From NCBI GenBank assembly GCA_030529665.1, contig JAUMWL010000002.1, forward strand, positions 3,986 through 67,985: a stretch of 64,000 bases of DNA. The letters run 5' to 3'. Source of the stretch: Coriobacteriales bacterium. GTDB lineage: Bacteria; Actinomycetota; Coriobacteriia; Coriobacteriales; Atopobiaceae. The notes beneath the pieces are model-generated. The model saw only the letters and a program-made list of their open reading frames with translations, searched no databases and had not been told where the DNA came from. Both the position numbers and the translations under genes were made by a program. Of the stretch, positions 27,169 to 35,102 are shown piece after piece (the first letter of the stretch is position 1; every line of letters begins with the position of its first letter).

Positions 27169-28824
27169 CTAGTTGTCATCCGCGAAGAGGGCGTCGAGCT
27201 CCTCCTGTAGGCTCTGCAAGTCGAGGTCGTCGTGCGCAAGCGGTCCCTGAGGCTGTTCGTCTCCGTCGGGCCTGGCGCGCACCTCTTCTTCTGGGGTCTC
27301 GAGGGCGTCGTCTGCGGCGTCTTCCTTGGCGAGGATGGTGTCTATCATGTCGTCGAGGAGCCTCTCGGCGCCGATGTCCCACGGGCGTCCAGCGCACTCG
27401 TCCGCGTCGTGGAGGTCGAGCATCCGCTCAACCACGTCATCGCGACTGACCCTCGCCTTTCGTGGAGCGGGTGCGGCATGGAGGTCGAGGTGACGACCAT
27501 ACGCCTCAAGCGGTTCCATATGCGTGCCGACCATTGGCTTGCCGGCGACGCACACGTACGCGTCGCCCGGTCCCAGGCGCAGCATATGGCCTACGTCTAT
27601 TGCCCCTCCGCTCTTGAACTCAGCGTCACTTGCGATCTCATGAGAGATGTTGGACATATAAATGTTAACGGCAGCCTGTTCCAGAACCACGTTTGCCTCG
27701 GCGCGGGTGTAGAGGCCGCGTTCTAGGAATTGTGAGAAGGACTGCAGCGTGAGATACGCCGTGCAGTTTCGGCTGCGACCGGTGGCCATCAGGGCCAGTA
27801 TCTGCTCGCAGCGGGGTAGGCGCGCGAATTCGTCCACGATAAAGCACAGCCCGAACAGGTCCGTTCCTTCGAGATTGCGCCGTTCGAACTCGTCCATGTA
27901 CGATGCTGTCGCGTACTCGATCAGGTGGACGGTGTAGTTGCTGCACAGTTGGTTGTTGTCCGGGGAGATTACGTAGATGCAGGTGGGCCAACCGCTTCTG
28001 AAGAAGTCGGTCCTAAAGTCGATGTTCGAAGAAGCGGCCACGTGGCGTCCCGTGCTGGTGGCGTAGAAACCGAGCATGGCGCTTACCACGCTCTTGACGC
28101 ACGACCACGTGGTCTTTGCGTGTGTGAGGTCGAAGGAATCGAGTATGGCTTTAGGTGTCTCGTCGCCGAGGTGATCCGCGAGCCAACGCAGCTTGTTCTC
28201 GTCGTGAATGGCATCGCAGACGTCGGCGAGGGAGGGCTCCTCGTCCTCTGTCAGGCAGAGTGCCATGGAAACTGCCGAGATGAGATTCCACGAAACGGTT
28301 TCCCAGTAGGAATCCTTCTCGCTGTGGACCGAGGCGATCGTGGCGGCCTTGATCTTCGAGAGGGATGCCTCGGCCAGCGCGACATCACCCGTTTCCTTGA
28401 TGATTCTAAAAGCCTCGGTGAGCGGGCTCCAGCGTCCCTCACTCTTCGAGGACATGAGGTCGACGACCTTGACCTCGTAACCTTGGGACTTGAGGTACGG
28501 TGCGGTCTCGCGCCACATGGTGCGCTTGCTATCCACGATTACCATGGACTTTGGGTGCTCGCCCTTGCCGCGTCGGGTCCCGTTGACGATAACGGTGGGT
28601 TCGAGGCAGGAGCGCGTCTTGCCTGCGCCGGTGCGACCGACGACTACGGCGTGCTTCCCGGGAGGGGTACACCACGTGACGGACGAGGGACCGCCTCCGC
28701 AGACGAGGCCGGACGCCTTGCCGCCTTTGATGTCGTCCAGGGTATAGGGGACGAGGCCGGCGCTGTGTGGGTTGCTGGTCACGGTTTTCTTCGAGACCGC
28801 CTCTGCGTAACTGACAATCTGCAT
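27169..28824 (-). CDS. TraG/TraD/VirD4-family (type IV coupling protein-like) P-loop ATPase without TM segments
   Basis: Walker A is VVVGRTGAGKTRS and Walker B is LCFIVDEFARLP. This is followed by ALMATGRSRNCTAYLTLQSFSQ, as in T4CP/TraG-D_C modules. No N-terminal hydrophobic helices are visible. The ATG at 28824 is separated by 1 nt from the stop of the upstream gene. Confidence 0.75.
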   Translation of the reverse strand: MQIVSYAEAVSKKTVTSNPHSAGLVPYTLDDIKGGKASGLVCGGGPSSVTWCTPPGKHAVVVGRTGAGKTRSCLEPTVIVNGTRRGKGEHPKSMVIVDSKRTMWRETAPYLKSQGYEVKVVDLMSSKSEGRWSPLTEAFRIIKETGDVALAEASLSKIKAATIASVHSEKDSYWETVSWNLISAVSMALCLTEDEEPSLADVCDAIHDENKLRWLADHLGDETPKAILDSFDLTHAKTTWSCVKSVVSAMLGFYATSTGRHVAASSNIDFRTDFFRSGWPTCIYVISPDNNQLCSNYTVHLIEYATASYMDEFERRNLEGTDLFGLCFIVDEFARLPRCEQILALMATGRSRNCTAYLTLQSFSQFLERGLYTRAEANVVLEQAAVNIYMSNISHEIASDAEFKSGGAIDVGHMLRLGPGDAYVCVAGKPMVGTHMEPLEAYGRHLDLHAAPAPRKARVSRDDVVERMLDLHDADECAGRPWDIGAERLLDDMIDTILAKEDAADDALETPEEEVRARPDGDEQPQGPLAHDDLDLQSLQEELDALFADDN

Positions 28825-28825
28825 G

Positions 28826-29236
28826 TTAGTCTCCTTTCCGCTTGGCAGGTGATTGGGCAGGAAGCTCGCTGAACCCCGCTATCGCGAGGGCCTTCGCGAG
28901 CTCGGCCTTGCGCTCGGAAGACGCGGCGACCGCCACGGTGAGCTCGGGGCAGTCGAGGGCATCGCGCAGGTTGAGGCAGGCGAAGAGCGCATCGTCAGTG
29001 CAGGAGACTCCGAGTAGGCTTACCACGACGACGCCGTGGAAGCACTCGAGTGACAGTGCGTTGAGGCGCGTCGTCAGCGTGGCGGGGTTGTCGTTGACCC
29101 GATAGGGGAGGACGAGCAGGTTGTCTATGTCGTACTTGTCGAGTGCCTGGATGGTCTTCATGAGGGCGTCTACCGAGGTCACGCCCTCGTAGGCGAGTCC
29201 ATAGTTCGTTCCGTGGGATAGCTGCTGGTTGTCCAT
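28826..29236 (-). CDS. Hypothetical alpha/beta protein, first gene of the minus-strand operon
   Basis: The ORF is trimmed to ATG 29236 (MDNQQLSHG...), preceded by GGAAAGGAA. Alternating hydrophobic strands (LLVLPY, VVVVSLLG, LTVAVAAS) suggest a Rossmann-like fold. The stop TAA at 28828-28826 abuts the T4CP-like start. Confidence 0.5.
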   Translation of the reverse strand: MDNQQLSHGTNYGLAYEGVTSVDALMKTIQALDKYDIDNLLVLPYRVNDNPATLTTRLNALSLECFHGVVVVSLLGVSCTDDALFACLNLRDALDCPELTVAVAASSERKAELAKALAIAGFSELPAQSPAKRKGD

Positions 29237-29760
29237 TGACCGTTCCTTTCCTTCGCTGGATGCCTGGCTCATGGATGAATAATCATGGGAAAGGTTGTGT
29301 TTGTTGTTCAGTCATCTGTAACACCAGGTGACTGTGCGATGAACTGGTATTCGGTTTTCAAGGTTCTTCGTAGATGCTGTCTTGATTATGGGCTTCGCAC
29401 TTCGTGGCGTTTGCGCATTGAGTGCGTAGGTGGTGGCGTACCGGTCACATGATTAGTGCCCCGTCGCATCAGCTTCGGCTTTTCTAGGTCTTATGTAAGG
29501 CACGGCCATGTTGCATTGGGGTTGATATCCTCCTCTGCCTTACAGATATGTGCGCGGAGGAGGTGTCCATGCGCCATCAAACGCGTTTTCGAAGTGTCGA
29601 GAATCTTGCCTTGCACAGGGGTTCGACTGTAATGCGCAATCCCCGCAGTTTGAGGCGGGTAGCATCTTCAGCAAGATCAGAGCGCCTCGTTTGGGGACAA
29701 ATGATCGGAAATGGCCGCAGCCAATCAGGGTGACTGCGCATGACAGAAAGGGAGAGAGTG
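29237..29760. promoter_or_regulatory. Divergent intergenic control region between the two operons of the kinase/vWA supercluster
   Basis: This is about 520 nt without a convincing gene, noticeably more AT-rich than the flanks, and it separates oppositely oriented operons. It contains a strong SD (GGAGGAGG, 29557-29564) 5 nt upstream of an ATG at 29569. That ATG opens a 54-codon Arg-rich ORF ending at 29733. Confidence 0.45.
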
Positions 29761-30429
29761 ATGGCGATTGAGTTTCCTAGGGGCGGATTTGACAACGAGC
29801 TTCCCACCGGTGCGAAGAAGCTGCCCTGCGCGCTGCTCGTCGATACGTCGGGTTCGATGGGGGCTTACGAGGACGACCTTAAGGTGGGTGTTAAATCTCT
29901 GATCGATGCATTGCAGGGCGACTTTGCGACCGCCGCCGTGGTGGAGGTCATGCTCGTCTTCTTCGACGACAGCGCTCGTATCGTCCACCCCTTCACGAAC
30001 GTGCGCTCCCTCGAGGTCCCCGAAATCGAGACTGGCGGCACCACGCACATCTTCGAGGCCCTCGACCTGGCCTACTCGGAGATTCGAGTGCGCCAGGAGC
30101 AGTATAAGAAGTCTGGCATCAACAGCTATGCGCCGTTCATCGTAGTCCTCACCGACGGGCATCCCGTGGGTGACACCGACATGGGCATTGTGTCCGCGAT
30201 TCGCAAGCGCAACGAGGACAAGAAGCTCGTGCCCTACCCCTTCGCCATGGGCGGCGAGGCGGACGAGGCGCTCCTCAAGAGCCTGCGCAACGACGGGATG
30301 GCGTTCCGTGTCGACATGGAGAACCTCAAGGATATCTTCGAGTTCGTGAGCGTCTCCCTGTCCAGCATTGCAAGCGACGTGACGAGCGTGACGAACGACC
30401 AGCTCCCGGCGACGATTTCGATTATCTAG
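29761..30429 (+). CDS. TerY-type von Willebrand factor A (vWA) domain protein
   Basis: The MIDAS motif is LLVDTSGSM (DxSxS). Downstream are GGTTHIFEAL and FIVVLTDGHP, as in TerY-like vWA proteins. The start is set at ATG 29761 after AAGGGAGAGAG; an alternative ATG lies at 29740. Confidence 0.85.
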   Translation: MAIEFPRGGFDNELPTGAKKLPCALLVDTSGSMGAYEDDLKVGVKSLIDALQGDFATAAVVEVMLVFFDDSARIVHPFTNVRSLEVPEIETGGTTHIFEALDLAYSEIRVRQEQYKKSGINSYAPFIVVLTDGHPVGDTDMGIVSAIRKRNEDKKLVPYPFAMGGEADEALLKSLRNDGMAFRVDMENLKDIFEFVSVSLSSIASDVTSVTNDQLPATISII

Positions 30430-30515
30430 GAAAAGGGATTGGTCCACTCTGGTGCCGGCGTGTCCGATCCGTGTTGGTACCGTTTTGACCACGAAGTGAT
30501 AGGAGGTGGGATAAA

Positions 30516-31748
30516 GTGCTCTGCGAGTTCAGCGTAACCCAAAAGGGCGAGAGCCATATAAAGCATGACCTGCCCTGCCAGGACCACAGCGACTCGTTCG
30601 CCGTACCCGCTACGGGCGAGCCCAAGTACGTCGCCGCGATCGTGGCCGACGGCGTGGGAAGTGAGGAGTACAGCGACAAGGGGTCGAAGAGCGCTGTTGA
30701 CGTCGTGTCGAAGTGCCTGAAAGGGCGGCTTGCCAGTACTGAGTCGCACGACCACATGCTGGATGTCATCGAGGACGCCTTCGAGGAGGCGTTGGATGCC
30801 GCGCTGGATATGGCTGATGACATGCAGGAGCCCTTCACTAAGTTTGCCACGACTCTCACGGTCGCCGTATTCGACGGCCGGACGCTTTGGTACGGGCATG
30901 CGGGGGATGACGGCATCGTAGCCATGCGGCGTGACGGCACGTATGGGATGGTGACCGAGCGGCACGAGGGTGATCTGGCAAACAGCGTCGTCCCGTTCGG
31001 ATCTCGGCGTTGGCAATTCGGCGAGGAGGCAGACGTAGCTTCCTGCGTGCTGATGACCGACGGCATCTTGGATTACTGCGTCAAGGACCAGCTCGAGGGA
31101 AACCGGGTAAAGCTTCCGTTCCTCAAGCCCCTACTCTATGCGGTGCTGGAGACGGTTGATGAGGTGCAGACGGCACGGGCGGATTGGGACGAGTTCCTGA
31201 TGGCATCGAGGGACGAGGGCCAGGCAGACGGAGACACCGTAGTACGGACGGTGTTCCGAGACCTCGTGAGGGACGATCTTTCAATAGCGCTGCTCTCCAA
31301 CCCCGAGGCGGTCGCAAACCTGCCGGCGTACTCTTTCGACCTTGATGCTTGGAATGCGGACTCGGACTATTACGAGGCCGCACGCGAGGAAGGCCTGGCG
31401 GAGTTGGACCGGGTTCGGCTCGAGGAGGATTCCGAGTATCGTGAGCGGGTTCGGCTCGGGAAGGAACGCCATCCTCGTCAGGGCAGGCAACTGCGCTCGT
31501 CCTCGATGGAGGGCGTGGCGCCAGCTACCGATGCGAAGCACGATTCCGCTATGCCAGTTCCGCTAGGAGTTCCTGCAAAACGCGAGGCGCAGGCAAGGGA
31601 AGCGAGTGCGCCTTGCTCCTTGGGTGACCAGGGAGGTGGCGAGTGGCCTCAGGTGTTAGCCGACGGCGCATGCGTCGTCGTCAGAGGAATCGGCATCATC
31701 GGCGACGCGATCGAGGATGCGGTGCAGGAGATGTTCAAGAAGACGTAA
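30516..31748 (+). CDS. PP2C-family Ser/Thr phosphatase with a C-terminal extension
   Basis: PP2C landmarks are PCQDHSD, AAIVADGVGSEEYSDKGS, WYGHAGDDGIV and VLMTDGILDY. The GTG start at 30516 is preceded by AGGAGGTGG. Confidence 0.8.
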   Translation: MLCEFSVTQKGESHIKHDLPCQDHSDSFAVPATGEPKYVAAIVADGVGSEEYSDKGSKSAVDVVSKCLKGRLASTESHDHMLDVIEDAFEEALDAALDMADDMQEPFTKFATTLTVAVFDGRTLWYGHAGDDGIVAMRRDGTYGMVTERHEGDLANSVVPFGSRRWQFGEEADVASCVLMTDGILDYCVKDQLEGNRVKLPFLKPLLYAVLETVDEVQTARADWDEFLMASRDEGQADGDTVVRTVFRDLVRDDLSIALLSNPEAVANLPAYSFDLDAWNADSDYYEAAREEGLAELDRVRLEEDSEYRERVRLGKERHPRQGRQLRSSSMEGVAPATDAKHDSAMPVPLGVPAKREAQAREASAPCSLGDQGGGEWPQVLADGACVVVRGIGIIGDAIEDAVQEMFKKT

Positions 31749-31827
31749 GCCCTTAGAAACGGCCGGCGTCGTGGCGCTTCGACCCGCTCCGCTTCTTTGT
31801 TGGCATGTTGATGACAGGAGGTTTGTT

Positions 31828-33279
31828 GTGGTTACCTATTTTGGCGAGAATGGAGCTTCCGCGAATGGTCGGGGCGTCACGTACGTTCTGGGCGACCAAA
31901 TCAAGCACGGCACCGAGGGAACGGTGTACAGCATCGAGGGAAATCCCGGTATGGTCGCCAAGGTGTATGCGCAGAAGCGCTACGACGAGGTATCGGATCG
32001 ACGACAGGGGCGTCCCGACGGGCGCGCATTCATGCATGCCAAGCTGCGTGAGATGGTTCGTCAAGGAAAGTCCGTGAACTCCCAGCAATGGTCCTCAGTC
32101 CATGGTCACAGCTTCCTCGCTTGGCCTGCCGACACGCTTGTGGACGCGAACGGACGCTTCTGCGGATATGTGATGCCGCGCGTGAAGGGAAAGGGCAACC
32201 TCTACGCCGCAATAGACGAGGGAGCACACGACGGCTTCTTCGGCCCGGGAAACTACACCTGGAGAACCGCAATCAAGATTGCGAAGCAGCTGGCGTATGT
32301 GGTCGGAAAGCTCCACGACGCCGGAATCGTGGTAGGCGACTTCAACCCGCAGAACTTCCTGATTGACAGCAACGGTTTCGTCTCCTTCTGTGACACCGAC
32401 TCGTACACCATCTCGCCGAAATACAAGACCTTTGTGGCCTTTCCCGGCTATGTGGCCCCCGAACTGCAGGGAAAACCCTGGTCGATGACGAGGCCGGACT
32501 GCCAGTTCACGAAAGAGAGCGACGTGTTCAGCCTCTCCTGCCTCATATTTCAGCTGCTTACCGGCAAACACCCGTTCAACGGAATCGTGATGAGGAGCGG
32601 AATGAACTCCGTCTCTCAATCGAGCGAGGAGCGAAACATCACCAACGGGGACTGCCCGTACGTCCATCATGGCATAGCGGTGCGACAGCCAGATGCTCCG
32701 GACGTGTACGGCCTGCTTTTTCCGCCCGAGCTGCGCGACCTATGCAACAGGTGCTTTGACTACACGGTGAAAGACGCTAGGAACCCGAAAACGATAAGCC
32801 GACGTCCGACCGCAGCGGACTGGTACTTCGCGCTCGATGCCCTTAGTGAAACGGGCTACTCCGGAAACAGGCTCACTTGCTGCAAAAGCAATGCGCAGCA
32901 TTACTACCTTCCTGGCGCTGGCATAAGCAGAAGCAGTCGGTGCCCTTGGTGCGAGCGTGACGAGCATTTCGCGAGCGCGAGCGCCGCGTTTCGCTCTGGC
33001 GCGGACGGAGGTGGTATCGCACCAAACACTGCCACCTCAGTGATCTCGTCTCCGAACATGGTAAGCGCGAAGAATGCGGGTGGCCCTGTAGTCCAGAAGC
33101 CCAATGCGAACACGCAGACGACTCAGGGCTACGGACTTACCCCCAATGCAGCCAAGTTCTGCAAGACCGCGCTTAAGTGGGCTGCGTGTGCTGCTGTCGT
33201 TGTTACGTTGATCGCGCTCGTCCTCAACGTGTGGCCGATAATCCCTATCGCTCTCATTTTGGCATGCTTGCGAAAATGA
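31828..33279 (+). CDS. Atypical protein kinase with a C-terminal zinc ribbon and TM anchor (kinase of the TerY-P-type triad)
   Basis: Motifs are GTEGTVY (G-loop-like), MVAKVY (beta3 Lys), LHDAGIVVGDFNPQNFLI (D...N catalytic loop without HRD), FCDTDSY (DFG replaced by DTD) and YVAPEL (APE). These are followed by CCKSN...CPWC and a hydrophobic C-terminus (AACAAVVVTLIALVLNVWPIIPIALILACL). The GTG start at 31828 follows AGGAGG by 7 nt. Confidence 0.8.
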   Translation: MVTYFGENGASANGRGVTYVLGDQIKHGTEGTVYSIEGNPGMVAKVYAQKRYDEVSDRRQGRPDGRAFMHAKLREMVRQGKSVNSQQWSSVHGHSFLAWPADTLVDANGRFCGYVMPRVKGKGNLYAAIDEGAHDGFFGPGNYTWRTAIKIAKQLAYVVGKLHDAGIVVGDFNPQNFLIDSNGFVSFCDTDSYTISPKYKTFVAFPGYVAPELQGKPWSMTRPDCQFTKESDVFSLSCLIFQLLTGKHPFNGIVMRSGMNSVSQSSEERNITNGDCPYVHHGIAVRQPDAPDVYGLLFPPELRDLCNRCFDYTVKDARNPKTISRRPTAADWYFALDALSETGYSGNRLTCCKSNAQHYYLPGAGISRSSRCPWCERDEHFASASAAFRSGADGGGIAPNTATSVISSPNMVSAKNAGGPVVQKPNANTQTTQGYGLTPNAAKFCKTALKWAACAAVVVTLIALVLNVWPIIPIALILACLRK

Positions 33280-33347
33280 CTATCGCGGCGCTTTGACGGT
33301 TCCTACACGGGATGTTCAGGATGTTCGGAGCGCGCGAAGGGAGTAAT

Positions 33348-34004
33348 ATGCGAAGAGTTCAGCTTGCTACCGCAATCGGCGACATCGCGACGGTTCGCGG
33401 GGTCGTCCAGAATTACACCAACACGTCTGTCTCCGGCGGGACGTATCGCAGGTCATCCCCACGGCGTCTCTTTGAGGCCCTGTGCTACGGGCAGCACGTT
33501 GAGGATTGCTTGCACATGTTTGTATTGCGCACAGCCAATCCGGACCCTGCCGTGGGTGGGTATCTAAACGTGCCGATAAACGTTCATGGGACCATTTCGG
33601 GTGGCGTTGCATTGACGAACGGCGTGAATGTGGAAGCAACCGGCAGGTACAGAAACGGCGTGCTGATGGCAAGTCTCATCGAAGTCGAATGCGGATCACG
33701 GCGCACCGAAGTGCAGTTTCAGCACGACGCTGGCGAAGCATTGCGAGTCTTTGGCCCCCCCACCATCGTACTCATTTTGCTGCTAAGCCTCGGGTCTGGG
33801 GATGGGCTTCTTGGTGGTTTACGGCAGTTTACGTCGGCATGGCTGGTGACAACGTTCGTGCTTGCTGTCTTGTGGGCTGCCCTAATCTCCCGCCTGGGAG
33901 TGGTGCCCCTTCTTCTGCTGTGCGGCAACGGAAGAGGTGGAATGAGGACGATGTTACTGCTCATTCTGGTCATCGGCCTCTTTATAACAATGGCGTATTG
34001 GTGA
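33348..34004 (+). CDS. Membrane protein (soluble N-terminal domain plus 3-4 C-terminal TM helices), last gene of the triad operon
   Basis: ATG 33348 follows GAAGGGAG. The hydrophobic C-terminal third includes PPTIVLILLLSLG, AWLVTTFVLAVLWAALI and MLLLILVIGLFITMAYW. Confidence 0.55.
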   Translation: MRRVQLATAIGDIATVRGVVQNYTNTSVSGGTYRRSSPRRLFEALCYGQHVEDCLHMFVLRTANPDPAVGGYLNVPINVHGTISGGVALTNGVNVEATGRYRNGVLMASLIEVECGSRRTEVQFQHDAGEALRVFGPPTIVLILLLSLGSGDGLLGGLRQFTSAWLVTTFVLAVLWAALISRLGVVPLLLLCGNGRGGMRTMLLLILVIGLFITMAYW

Positions 34005-34008
34005 CGTC

Positions 34009-34046
34009 GCGCTTCAGCGTCGTCATCACCGACGACGTTGAAGCGC
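34009..34046 (+). terminator. Hairpin immediately after the triad operon
   Basis: GCGCTTCAGCGTCGTC-ATCACC-GACGACGTTGAAGCGC forms a 16-bp stem with one mismatch. It starts 5 nt after the stop at 34004. Confidence 0.5.
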
Positions 34047-34162
34047 TTGGGACGGTAGCCAAGCGCCAGCAAATTGCGATGCTGCATATGACGGATCCCT
34101 CGGGGTTGGCACGACAGGTCCGCGCCGGCTCCGAGGGATCCGTCCGGTAAATCTCATTGTGG

Positions 34163-34858
34163 CTATGCGTATGCCATTGTGTCTTGGCTTGCAAGGTTAG
34201 CGAAAAGTTCGGCGAGGCCGGACCCACAGCGATCGGCTATGCTGGCAGTGCAGGAGTTCTCGTGTGCATCATGCGTCACGCTACTTTCGAGCACGCGCCG
34301 CTGTTCGGCGCATTCTCCAGTGGCAGCCATATGGAAGATCTGTCCGGTCGCACGTGCGTCGTACACCGCCCGATGGCGCTTGTCGAATTCGATCCCGCAC
34401 CAGTCGGCGGCCTCCCCCAGTGCCACCTGGCGACGCCGCGTTCCCATAATTCTGGGATAAAGCTTCTGCAAGTCGAGCCAACGCTGCTTGGAGAGTCGTG
34501 ACTCTATTCCCTTGGCACTGCATTCGCGCAGTATCTGTGTGCGATCGGTGTTGTCCCAAGTAATCATGCGTGAGCGTCCGCTTCCAACCCACTCCTCCAG
34601 GCTATGCAACACCTCCTCGAAGGAGCGGGCTTCGGTGAGGTCCCTGTTTCTGATTCCCGTGATGCGGCGGACCCTACGCGTGATGCCGTTCGCGAAGTCT
34701 GGCTTGACAAGCTCTGAGAAGGTGTCCAGCTCCCTCCCGTCTGGGCCGAGCTTGGCCGCTCCAATCTCAATGATTTCCTGGCACAGCCCCTCTGGCCTGT
34801 CGGTGCCGAATATGGGCGTCCATTCGAGGTCTATTGCGATGTTGTAGTCGTACTTCAT
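34163..34858 (-). CDS. DEDDh-type 3'-5' exonuclease (DnaQ/ERI-1/KapD-like)
   Basis: Exo I is IAIDLEWT, an Exo II-like segment is MITWDNTDRTQIL, and Exo III is RHRAVYDARAT (H-x4-D). The start is trimmed to ATG 34858 (MKYDYNIAIDLE), 7 nt after AGGAG. The upstream part of ORF 34163-35341 is low-complexity. Confidence 0.75.
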   Translation of the reverse strand: MKYDYNIAIDLEWTPIFGTDRPEGLCQEIIEIGAAKLGPDGRELDTFSELVKPDFANGITRRVRRITGIRNRDLTEARSFEEVLHSLEEWVGSGRSRMITWDNTDRTQILRECSAKGIESRLSKQRWLDLQKLYPRIMGTRRRQVALGEAADWCGIEFDKRHRAVYDARATGQIFHMAATGECAEQRRVLESSVTHDAHENSCTASIADRCGSGLAELFANLASQDTMAYA

Positions 34859-35102
34859 TGTCAGCTCCTGTTCTGTGGTTAGCCGGAGCGTATCAACCGC
34901 CCCTCCTATGTTGCGATTAGAGTAAGGCGCGCCGATTTGCCTCATTGCGTATTGGCGAACTCCAAGAAGCGTGTGCCTCACGAACGCGCTCGGGGGGCAT
35001 TGCGTAAACCGCATTGTTGCGTGGTGTTGGAATGTTCTTGTCCGGCAAGAGTGAGAGCGACGCGGCGCAACCGGACGGCGACCGTGAGCAAGGAGCACGA
35101 AA

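Noticed and set aside
27169-28824. Reading the T4CP-like gene as evidence for an integrative conjugative element or plasmid
   Set aside because: No relaxase, VirB4/TraE, pilin, integrase or oriT-like sequence occurs anywhere in the 64 kb. The protein lacks a TM anchor, and its neighbours are signalling genes. The full contig would be needed to exclude an ICE completely.
29548-29733. Calling the 54-61-codon Arg-rich ORF in the divergent control region a gene
   Set aside because: The strong SD is real, but the composition (Arg/Ser/Gly-rich) is what a random frame in this DNA gives. It is reported as an observation only, not as a CDS.
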